Source of the DNA: an uncultured bacterium
GTDB lineage: Bacteria; Hinthialibacterota; Hinthialibacteria; OLB16
Assembly (NCBI GenBank): GCA_964422415.1
Contig: CAYRBI010000008.1
Location: 3,336-67,335 of the forward strand
Length of the DNA: 64,000 nt
Reading direction: 5' to 3'
Under the pieces are notes generated by a model. It did not search any database, was not told the DNA's origin, and saw only the letters and a program-made list of their open reading frames with translations. Made by a program: the position numbers and the translations under genes. Below, piece by piece: positions 39,560-47,567 of this stretch. Each line of letters opens with the position of its first letter. Within the stretch, counting starts at the first letter, position 1.

Positions 39560-40900
39560 TCACTTCCGGAAGTAGTCCAAGTAATTTCTGTAAAGAGTTA
39601 TTGTTTCCTCCCCCCCAGGCTTCATTTTCGCCCAGGGTGCGTTCATTAGCCCTGTATACTGATAGCAGAGAATCTTCTCGAAGTAAGGGAAGCGGGTCAG
39701 GTCATCCATCACACTCGATATAGTGCGTGGAACAAGGGTATTGGCCTCTCCAAACTTAAAGAGCTCCAAGTCCATCCATAAGTGTGAACCGCTCTCATCA
39801 CATAACTGCTGTAGGAGCTGATAAGCCTCCTCACCTGAAATGTCTCCTGGTGGCATCCGGTTGAAACCAAAGGGACACAGAATATCCAAGTTGGGGAGTA
39901 GTTCCCGGTATGCCTCCTCCGCACCACGCACTCCATGACAGTTGCTAGCAAGCATGACCGGCTTCTCAGGGGCAAGGCTTGCAGCATACGCTTTGAACTC
40001 ACGGAAGAAAGTGGAGATTTCTTCCCACCTTTGAGGTGTTCCTCCCAGATTTCCAAAAATTTCCTCAGGAATATACCAGCCATAAAACGAGGAGTGGTGG
40101 CCATAGAGCTGAAAGAGCTCCTTGGCGGCCTGGAAATGCCAATGCAGGGATCCCGCCGAAAAATCAAAGAACGCATACAGTCCAACAGGGACAAAAACCT
40201 GCATATTGAACCGGTCCGCCTCGCAAAGGACAACCTCGATGGGATCTCTGGTTTCAATAGCCATTCTTCCCGGGAAGAGTCTCGAGGGATAGTATGCGCA
40301 TCCCTGGTAGCCTTCCTCCTCGATGGCATGTTCTCCCCAGTAGGCTTGGTTACGGAAGCTCTCTTCAATGACCACAATGTGTAGCCCAAGTTCATGCATT
40401 CCCTGGATAGCTTCCCTCCAATCATCTTTGGTCATATTGACGATTTGACTATTCCAAGGACGTCCCTCTTCTTCGCTCCAGTGGTAAAATACCACCCAAG
40501 CACCATCGATTTTCTTGGGGAAAGATTGGCCGGAATCAAGGATCTCAATCGGGGTTGTAATTGACACCACCTGATCAGCCCAGTAAGCAGAGAAACGGAT
40601 TTCCCATTTTCCCCTACAACCTTCCGGAAGCCAGTTGAACTCAGTTCCTCTCAAAGACGATGGCTCAATCTCGACCCTATCCATGAACAATAATCTGGAG
40701 CTTTCACAATTCTCCAAGGCTATGGTTACCCTATATGTCCGCCGCTCGGGGGAAGGATTCGAGATGGAGCCTCTGATCTGTACATAGGTTTGCTCCCGGA
40801 TAGGAGAGGGGGGGAGCAGAGCAAGCTTAAGAATCGGATCCGGATTGGTTGTGGACATGGCAGTCGAGTAGATCATTAATAGTAAGGTTTTTGTCATCAT
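39560..40900 (-). CDS. putative glycoside-hydrolase-like protein (DUF4434-type TIM barrel with an N-terminal beta-sandwich)
   Basis: 446-aa ORF. Family assignment is by pattern recollection (IDGAWVVFYHW ... HELGLHIVVIE ... FYGWYIPEE) and is uncertain. Confidence 0.45.
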   Translation of the reverse strand: MMTKTLLLMIYSTAMSTTNPDPILKLALLPPSPIREQTYVQIRGSISNPSPERRTYRVTIALENCESSRLLFMDRVEIEPSSLRGTEFNWLPEGCRGKWEIRFSAYWADQVVSITTPIEILDSGQSFPKKIDGAWVVFYHWSEEEGRPWNSQIVNMTKDDWREAIQGMHELGLHIVVIEESFRNQAYWGEHAIEEEGYQGCAYYPSRLFPGRMAIETRDPIEVVLCEADRFNMQVFVPVGLYAFFDFSAGSLHWHFQAAKELFQLYGHHSSFYGWYIPEEIFGNLGGTPQRWEEISTFFREFKAYAASLAPEKPVMLASNCHGVRGAEEAYRELLPNLDILCPFGFNRMPPGDISGEEAYQLLQQLCDESGSHLWMDLELFKFGEANTLVPRTISSVMDDLTRFPYFEKILCYQYTGLMNAPWAKMKPGGEETITLYRNYLDYFRK

Positions 40901-40977
40901 TCTGTGCTTAGTCTCCTACCCCCTTTCCAATATGTCCAAAAGAAACCTTAGCTGTTCCCGATGTCATTTATAAGCAA

Positions 40978-41147
40978 TTAACAAGAACCTCTGAACAGGA
41001 GGTTATCGAGGCTCTCTTGTGTACGGCTCTGGAGATACTCTTTCACAACGTTGCGGATGAGCTGACATCGGCTCATGCCAAGTCTCTGCCGCTTAATTTG
41101 TCCAACGCCTCTATCTGGTCCTGTGGGAAATCAACTGTCACCCGCAT
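40978..41147 (-). pseudogene. frameshifted, truncated paralogue of the RHH gene at 39052-39279
   Basis: Reverse-strand reading gives MRVTVDFPQDQIEALDKLSGRDLA-stop. A 2-nt insertion relative to copy 1 breaks the frame; the next frame continues MSRCQLIRNVVKEYLQSRTQESL. Confidence 0.7.
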
Positions 41148-41296
41148 GTTCCCATTTTCACTCTGGGGGGTTTCTTTTTTACCAGAAGGATTTTTTCTCT
41201 ATTACTTGTACCCAAATAGCATTATTATGCGATTACGCCCTCCTGAGTTTTAAAAGCTCAGTGTCTCTCCCCTATGTATATCACATCCGTGGGCGC

Positions 41297-44200
41297 ATGA
41301 ACCTGGAGGTTGTCATGCGTCGCTTGTTGCTTGTTTCTGTTTTCCTTTTTTCGTTGCCTCTTTCTCCTTGTTCCGCTTTGGATGATTGGCGCGAGTACGG
41401 TCCCCCTGGCGGGGCGATGCTCAGTCTGATCTCAGACAGCAGCCATGAAGTTTTCATCGCGGCAACATCCACCCAGGTTTACCGGAGTTATGACACTGGT
41501 TTGAACTGGGAAGCGCTCCCCAGTATGCCCGATGCCAGTGGGATCAAGGATGCGGTCCTGGTGGGAGATTCCGAATCCGGTCTGATGGTGTGCACCAACA
41601 CCAATGGGATCTATCGCTGGGATCCTTCCTCCCAATCCTGGTTGCTCAAGATCACTGGAATTCAATCTTCCTCTCCCTATGCCCTCCAGTTCTTTGATCT
41701 GAGCGTGGTGACTTCCACATCCACTCGCGTGTTTGTGGGATGCTCCACTGGTCTGTACTACAGCGATAACCGTGGCGACCAATGGTACAAGATCACTCTC
41801 CCTTACGAAAACACTTCACCCCAATACAAGATGGTCACCCAAGTGCAGGCCGCCCGGGACGGAAGCGTGTATGTCTACACCTACACCCCCATCCGGATTG
41901 AATCAGATCTGGTGACCGCCTCCTATTTCGTCATGAAACCCGGCCTTCCCTCCACCGCCCTCTCAGGCGCGATGATCTGGCCGAATCCCAATAACGCCAA
42001 TGAACTGGTGATGATCTTCAATGGGATCTACTACAGCACGGACCGTGGCGAGAATTGGTCCTCACCCAGCGCGGGACAGGTTCCTCCCTCGCCGGTGGCT
42101 GTGGATTGGCTGTATGGCAAGCCGACAGTTTTTGGGGTCACCTCCACTTGTGTCCTGAATCGCTCAACCCTGGCCTGGTCACGGCTCTGGTCCCGTTCCA
42201 TCCGGACCCAATACCGTGCGGTGGAACGTGATACCGTCTCCGGCCACCTGCTGATCGCCTCGCAAAGCCGTGGAGTCTGGCGCAGTAATGATATGGGGCA
42301 AACCTGGACCTATTCCTCCAACGGGATGAGCGCCTATGGCGCGGTCTATGCGGTGGGGGTAGATCCCGCCAACTCCTCGATCGTCTATGCCGGAATGCAG
42401 ACCGAGGGGGTGTGGCGGACCAAGGATGATGGAGCCACCTGGGAGGAACGCAACACCGGCTTCGATTCAGATCCAGCCTACAGCGTTTCAATCCGTTCGA
42501 TTGCAGTCGATCCGGTGCATACCAACCACCTGCTAGCGGGAACCGAAACCCAGGGTGGGACACCGGCTTGGCTCTATCAAAGCCAGGATAGCGGCCAGCA
42601 CTGGACCAAGGTCTCCACCGGTCCTACCGGGTTGGCCTACTGCATTTTCTTCGTACCCTCCAACCCCAGTGTGATCCTGGTGGGCACCGGAATGGATGGA
42701 ATCTGGCGCAGCCCGGATGATGGGGTGACCTGGTCGCGTGTGGCAGATAAGGAGGTCTACCGGAATGTCCTCGACTTCGCCCAGGAGAAAGGGGGACGGA
42801 TCTTCACCGCACTGATCGGTGGTTTTAATCCCACCAATGGCTACGGATACAGTGATAATACAGGGACCACCTGGAATGTGGTGGAGGAAAGCGCTTCCTG
42901 TTCTCTGGCGGCGGATCCAGTGCGTGCGGGACGCGTGATGCGCGGTACCGGCTGGTGGGATGCCGGCGCGGGTATGCTGTACACCTCTAGCAACGGGACC
43001 AAGTGGGATGCGGTCAACACGGGCCTCCCCACACGGGTCTATGGATATGACATGGCCGACAGCACCGTGGCTGATCCGAATCACTCGGGAACCTACTACA
43101 CCTTCCTTCCCAATAGTGGCGTCTTCGAAACTGAAAATGATGGAGCAAATTGGACCCAGGTGGGGACCCTGACCGAGGGGAATACCCTGGAGTTCTCTAC
43201 CCGCAAACAGGGAACCTTATTCGTAGGACGCGGATATGAGGGCATCTGGTATTACCAGACCGCCGAAGCGATGCCCACTCCAACTCCAAGTGTCTCGCCG
43301 ACACCGAATGTCACTCCCACCTACACGCCGCCTCCTTGGTTCCCGCCGATGGCCACTAAGACTCCAACGATTCCGGCACAGCCGAATGTGGGAGCTGCGG
43401 ATGATGCCACCTGGTTTTCACCCACCAATCCCAAAGCAGGCGAAAGTGTCTCTGTCGGATCCTTACTCTTCAACAATTCAACTACCGCTGTTTCGAATAT
43501 CCGTGTCGATTTCTATGTGGGAACCGATCTGAACAATCTTCCACTGCTTTCCACGGTCACTGTACCGTCACTGGCGGCGCGTTCACGCCTTCCAGTCCAA
43601 TCAGTATCCAATTTTCTGACCCCCACCGCTGGAACCTACTATGTGAAGGTCAAAATCGACCCACTCAATGCGGTCTCTGAATATGATGAGACCGACAACG
43701 AGGTCCAAACCGCCTTCTATGCACGTTTTGGAGGTGCCGATAAGACTCCCCCCACTGGTTCTATTCGTATTGATAGCGGTAGCCTGTTCACCTATGACAT
43801 GAATGTCCATCTGGACCTGAATACCACGGATACAGGCAGCGGAGTGGGTTACATGTATGTGACCGGGTGGGTGTATGACCCACGTTTCGGCGGCCTGGCC
43901 AAGTACTATGAGAGCGGTTGGATCGATTACCTTGCGAGCGCCAGTTTCCTGATTGAGGGAGGATACTTCGAAGCTCTCTCGGTGACATATGCCGATCTGG
44001 ATGAAAATGTCTCGGACACTTATTGGGCGGTGACCAACTATTACCCCACTGAATACACGGAATTCGTCTTCTGGGATGAGTCGCTGTATTACCCCATGTA
44101 TCTCACCACCGGGGCCAATGTCACCCTCACGGTCAACCATGTCTTTGGCGACAGCGACCTGTATGTGATCGCCCCTTCGACACCGGATGGCTACTACGAC

Positions 44201-44623
44201 TGGTCGAGTGTTCACGATGGCATCACCACGGAAAATATATCCTTCACCGCACCTGAAACCGGTGTTTATTGGACGGTCGTCTTTGGGTATGACTTCTCGG
44301 AGTACCGTCTGCTCTGCAGCGGAAGCATGGGATCAAAGGAGTTGGTAAAGACACCGTCGTTACTGGCCAAAGGAACCCGCCGTAGCCCTGATTTCAACCC
44401 ACCCCCGGTAGACACAGAGCTCCCGGAAAAGATTTTGATTCCTTCCTTCAGCGCGGATCTCTATCCAGATGGCACGGTTGACTACAAGGACCTTTTCAAA
44501 CTGTCGAGATTGTGGGGAAAGGCCATGGGCGATGCGGGTTATGATGCCCGCTTGGGGGGCGTTGATACAGACCACCGCATCGGAGGAACACATTTACTGC
44601 AATGGTTGGGAATACGGCGGTAA
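41297..44623 (+). CDS. large secreted BNR/Sortilin-type repeat protein with PT linker, CARDB-like and PPC-like domains and a dockerin-like C-terminus
   Basis: Signal peptide MRRLLLVSVFLFSLPLSPCSA. At least 9 SxDxGxxW-type repeats (YDTGLNW, DNRGDQW, TDRGENW, NDMGQTW, KDDGATW, QDSGQHW, PDDGVTW, DNTGTTW, ENDGANW). PTPTPSVSPTPNVTPTYTPPP linker. DLYPDGTVDYKDLFKL near the end. The upstream part of the 41075 ORF is rejected. Confidence 0.85.
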   Translation: MNLEVVMRRLLLVSVFLFSLPLSPCSALDDWREYGPPGGAMLSLISDSSHEVFIAATSTQVYRSYDTGLNWEALPSMPDASGIKDAVLVGDSESGLMVCTNTNGIYRWDPSSQSWLLKITGIQSSSPYALQFFDLSVVTSTSTRVFVGCSTGLYYSDNRGDQWYKITLPYENTSPQYKMVTQVQAARDGSVYVYTYTPIRIESDLVTASYFVMKPGLPSTALSGAMIWPNPNNANELVMIFNGIYYSTDRGENWSSPSAGQVPPSPVAVDWLYGKPTVFGVTSTCVLNRSTLAWSRLWSRSIRTQYRAVERDTVSGHLLIASQSRGVWRSNDMGQTWTYSSNGMSAYGAVYAVGVDPANSSIVYAGMQTEGVWRTKDDGATWEERNTGFDSDPAYSVSIRSIAVDPVHTNHLLAGTETQGGTPAWLYQSQDSGQHWTKVSTGPTGLAYCIFFVPSNPSVILVGTGMDGIWRSPDDGVTWSRVADKEVYRNVLDFAQEKGGRIFTALIGGFNPTNGYGYSDNTGTTWNVVEESASCSLAADPVRAGRVMRGTGWWDAGAGMLYTSSNGTKWDAVNTGLPTRVYGYDMADSTVADPNHSGTYYTFLPNSGVFETENDGANWTQVGTLTEGNTLEFSTRKQGTLFVGRGYEGIWYYQTAEAMPTPTPSVSPTPNVTPTYTPPPWFPPMATKTPTIPAQPNVGAADDATWFSPTNPKAGESVSVGSLLFNNSTTAVSNIRVDFYVGTDLNNLPLLSTVTVPSLAARSRLPVQSVSNFLTPTAGTYYVKVKIDPLNAVSEYDETDNEVQTAFYARFGGADKTPPTGSIRIDSGSLFTYDMNVHLDLNTTDTGSGVGYMYVTGWVYDPRFGGLAKYYESGWIDYLASASFLIEGGYFEALSVTYADLDENVSDTYWAVTNYYPTEYTEFVFWDESLYYPMYLTTGANVTLTVNHVFGDSDLYVIAPSTPDGYYDWSSVHDGITTENISFTAPETGVYWTVVFGYDFSEYRLLCSGSMGSKELVKTPSLLAKGTRRSPDFNPPPVDTELPEKILIPSFSADLYPDGTVDYKDLFKLSRLWGKAMGDAGYDARLGGVDTDHRIGGTHLLQWLGIRR

Positions 44624-44780
44624 GGGGCCGCTACAGACTGAACAACATTACATGAGAGAAGAACTCTTTTTGAAAATGCATATGGGATGAATCTTCACAA
44701 ACTGATTCCCCACACCTAGACTTGCCTAGGTCAAAGGAAATCGTCAACAGCCAGAGACGTGCGGCGAAGGATCTGGGACA

Positions 44781-45281
44781 ATGAAGATTGTCGGGGATTA
44801 TTTGCACCAAAAAGCACTGAAGCTTACGAATAACCCAGAAGAAATGGACCTCTTTGCAAGGAGTGCTTTCAACCGGTACTACTACGCTTGTTTTCATCTA
44901 GCCCGAAATCTGGTTGCCGACATTCATCCCACTTCTGTGGGAGCAAATCACAAACAATTTCATGAAACAATTCTAACCACAACTATCCAGAGCGAGATAA
45001 AGAAAATTGCGGAAAACCAGTTGAAGAAAAAAGTCATCGACAGATCGCACTTTTCCTCCATCGTATCAAGCTCGAAAAGATCACTCAGTCAACTTGAAGA
45101 TATACTCAGACGAGCATACTCGGTAAGGTGTATCGCCGACTATCATGGAGAGGAAGTGGTCTGCCTAGAAGGAGGAAACCTTACTCTTACAGGGAAGACA
45201 TTACACGAGGCCAGTATGTGGCCAAAACGGGCCGCCATATACTGCAAGGAAATTAAGAAGCAATGGGATGAAATAGGATGA
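44781..45281 (+). CDS. hypothetical HEPN-like protein, candidate effector of the retron-like system
   Basis: 166-aa helical ORF in the low-GC island. N-terminal FARSAFNRYYYACFHLARNLV and C-terminal LRRAYSVRCIADYHGEE resemble the two conserved HEPN helices, with an R-x5-H (R116..H122) candidate catalytic motif. Confidence 0.55.
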   Translation: MKIVGDYLHQKALKLTNNPEEMDLFARSAFNRYYYACFHLARNLVADIHPTSVGANHKQFHETILTTTIQSEIKKIAENQLKKKVIDRSHFSSIVSSSKRSLSQLEDILRRAYSVRCIADYHGEEVVCLEGGNLTLTGKTLHEASMWPKRAAIYCKEIKKQWDEIG

Positions 45282-45287
45282 AATAGG

Positions 45288-46055
45288 ATGAGACCTGAGT
45301 CAGAGGTAATCGAGACAGTTAGACAGGTCGTGAAGAAGTGGTTTCCACGAGTCTGGCGGCACGCCTCTGTATGGCTTATAGAGGATCGTCTTATCGTCGA
45401 TATACCGTTCCCGATCTCCCAAGAGAATAACAAAGGAACCCCTGTTACGGGGAGGCGGCTTGCCAACCTCAAGAATGCACTTGAGGCAGCCACCAACCTT
45501 CAAGTTACTCTTGTTTTGAAATCTCCAGAGAATCAGGGGGACCTGGAAAATGGGATAAATGCTCTTATAAACACCATTCAACCAGGAGCGATTGACCAAG
45601 TCCTTATATCATCTCCCCTCTCAAACACTGTCGATGTTATCATGACTGTCAATAGTGGAAGATCCACTCTGTCGTCTGGAGCATCCGAGAAAATCAAATC
45701 CGTTGTTCAACGGTGTATATCCTTGGCGGGGCTGGAAGTAGGATCTATACATATCATTGGTTTCCAGAAGGAACTACCAACCACTAGCCAAATTCTTGCC
45801 TCTCTCAAGACCATTCAACCAGCTCAGGCAGGAGATCTAGCGGCATGGTTAATTAACAAAGGGTTTGGTATTCCAAGAGAGAAGTGGGTTGAGTCTCAGA
45901 TGGATGCCCTTCGGAAGAAGGGGCTCGTAGCATCTTTGAAAACTAAATCCTACGTTCTAACACAATCCGGACTTGAAGCAGTTCCAGGTATCAAAGGCAG
46001 TGTTAAAAGCGATGTGGCTCGCGCACTTGCCATGCGTGGAAGGAAGTGGGTATGA
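45288..46055 (+). CDS. hypothetical protein with a C-terminal winged-helix-like domain
   Basis: 255-aa ORF starting 6 nt after the previous stop. The C-terminal ~70 aa (SQILASLKTIQPAQAGDLAAWLINKGFGIPREKWVESQMDALRKKGLVASLKTKSYVLTQSGLEAV) has a wHTH-like helix-turn-helix plus wing pattern. The N-terminal ~165 aa are unrecognised. Confidence 0.5.
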   Translation: MRPESEVIETVRQVVKKWFPRVWRHASVWLIEDRLIVDIPFPISQENNKGTPVTGRRLANLKNALEAATNLQVTLVLKSPENQGDLENGINALINTIQPGAIDQVLISSPLSNTVDVIMTVNSGRSTLSSGASEKIKSVVQRCISLAGLEVGSIHIIGFQKELPTTSQILASLKTIQPAQAGDLAAWLINKGFGIPREKWVESQMDALRKKGLVASLKTKSYVLTQSGLEAVPGIKGSVKSDVARALAMRGRKWV

Positions 46056-46063
46056 TAACCTCA

Positions 46064-46240
46064 GGAGTGGTGGAGTGGAGAATGCGAGGGGATGAATCAT
46101 CCCCGCAAAAGCGGTGGTTTCGGTTTGAAGGGCGCCGCCCGGATGGGAGTCGCTCCTTCGAATCAACTCCCATCCGGGCGGCTTCCTTTACGCAAGTCAA
46201 CGTGACTTGGCTGGATGCCAGATGATCGCTCCACCGCTCC
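46064..46240 (+). ncRNA. candidate retron msr/msd non-coding RNA
   Basis: 12-nt terminal inverted repeats ggagtggtggag (46064-46075) and ctccaccgctcc (46229-46240) pair with one G-U. A short hairpin lies at 46088-46094/46098-46104. A 17-bp perfect stem lies at 46134-46150/46166-46182. The whole region sits directly upstream of, and slightly overlaps, the RT gene. Confidence 0.5.
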
Positions 46241-47190
46241 TTGTTTCCTTCCCAGATGCTCAGTCTTTCCTCTCAGTACTAAACGAGGAGTGTAGAGTTC
46301 GCTGCTCTCAAGAAGTCATATATCACTCCTCTAGGAAACTGCCCCCGATTGTTTCAAAAAGATCTCTTGCTGTCCTTTTTGGGTACTCACCAAGATTTGT
46401 CGGGGCAATGTGTGTTCGACCTCAGAGGTATTACCGCCACTTCCTCATACCGAAGGGAAAAAAGTCTCGTAAGATTGACGCTCCCCGAACTTCACTAAAG
46501 GTTATTCAGACATGGTTCGGATACCATCTCTCACGTGCCATAGTCCTTCCAGATTGTGTCCATGGATTCGTTCCAGGAAGATCGACCACCTCAGCTGCCC
46601 ATGTACACTGTGGGGCTGAATGGGTGGTGACCCTCGACATTCAAGATTTCTTCCCTTCGACTGGTGAGAGTCACATCAGGGATTGTTTATTGGAACTTGG
46701 GTATAGCAATGAGGGTACGACTCTCATTCTACAACTTATGACTTTGGATGGTTATCTCCCGCAAGGGTCACCTGCGAGCCCAGTCCTCTCGAATCTTGCG
46801 TTCCAGCACTCAGACTGGGAAATTATACAGCTTTGTCAGAAATTCTGTATTCAATATACTCGGTATGCTGACGACCTCGTATTTTCAGGAAAAGGGCAAG
46901 TCCCGGACACGCTTGTTAATGATGTAACCAAGATTATTGAACGGAGAGGTTGGCGGATTGCGTCAAGCAAGACTCGAATCAGGCACCTGCCACAATCACT
47001 GAAGGTGTTAGGGCTATTGGTTCACGGAGCCATACCAAGGCTGCCAAAACGATACAGGAACCAACTTAGGGCAATGAAGCATCTACTTGACACCAAATCT
47101 TTGAGTGAACCAACACTAAAGGTATTCAAAGGGCACGTGGCATATGCCATGTCAACCTCACAAACCGGGAATGGGACAAGGAAGGGATGA
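46207..47190 (+). CDS. retron-type reverse transcriptase
   Basis: YYRHFLIPKGKKSRKIDAP, VTLDIQDFFPS, LPQGSPASPVLSNL, YTRYADDLVFSG (YADD), and VLGLLVHG at the retron VTG position. 327 aa with no maturase or endonuclease domain. The true start may be ATG 46222. Confidence 0.85.
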   Translation: MAGCQMIAPPLLVSFPDAQSFLSVLNEECRVRCSQEVIYHSSRKLPPIVSKRSLAVLFGYSPRFVGAMCVRPQRYYRHFLIPKGKKSRKIDAPRTSLKVIQTWFGYHLSRAIVLPDCVHGFVPGRSTTSAAHVHCGAEWVVTLDIQDFFPSTGESHIRDCLLELGYSNEGTTLILQLMTLDGYLPQGSPASPVLSNLAFQHSDWEIIQLCQKFCIQYTRYADDLVFSGKGQVPDTLVNDVTKIIERRGWRIASSKTRIRHLPQSLKVLGLLVHGAIPRLPKRYRNQLRAMKHLLDTKSLSEPTLKVFKGHVAYAMSTSQTGNGTRKG

Positions 47191-47567
47191 ACGAGTATTG
47201 TTGCCATTCTCTTTTTTTCCCTGCATCTGAATCTACCTCATGTAATTCTATACAACACTCTGTAGTGGGGGGCCGCTCCTACGAGCAGTCCCCCATTATA
47301 GATGGATTTTCTTCCGTCTCTCTCATTCCCGCCAATAATTCTGAAAGTCCAAAACCTCATACTTTTGACGCTCACCTTTTTGCGATTGCCCCAACAGTTC
47401 TAAAAGGTCACGTGCGTCGATCATGCCATCACCCACACCCACCGGCCAGACATCATAGTTGGAAGACGATGTGATTTGCGCAGATTCATGGTCGGCTTGA
47501 CTTAGCTCCACACTTTGTTTCGTTCATTCTTCCTTGACACCCCCCCTCTGGATGCTACTTTTCCCAC

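Noticed and set aside
41075-41296. The N-terminal 74 aa of the computed 1182-aa ORF.
   Set aside because: This stretch overlaps the RHH pseudogene and its promoter-like leader on the opposite strand and lacks a signal peptide. A clean signal peptide follows the internal Met codons at 41297 and 41315.
46207-47190. Alternative identities for the RT: group II intron maturase-RT or diversity-generating retroelement RT.
   Set aside because: At 327 aa it has no X/maturase or En domain, and no domain V/VI-like ribozyme sequence flanks it. Motif 4 is QGSPASP (retron/group II style) rather than the DGR-type SQ variant. No TR/VR repeat pair or avd-like gene was seen.
47187-47474. 95-aa ORF overlapping the RT stop (ATGA), which could have been a downstream retron effector.
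   Set aside because: The sequence is Cys/His/Ser/Pro-rich with no secondary-structure periodicity or motifs. It crosses the proposed island boundary and overlaps the more protein-like minus-strand dockerin remnant. It is likely non-coding.
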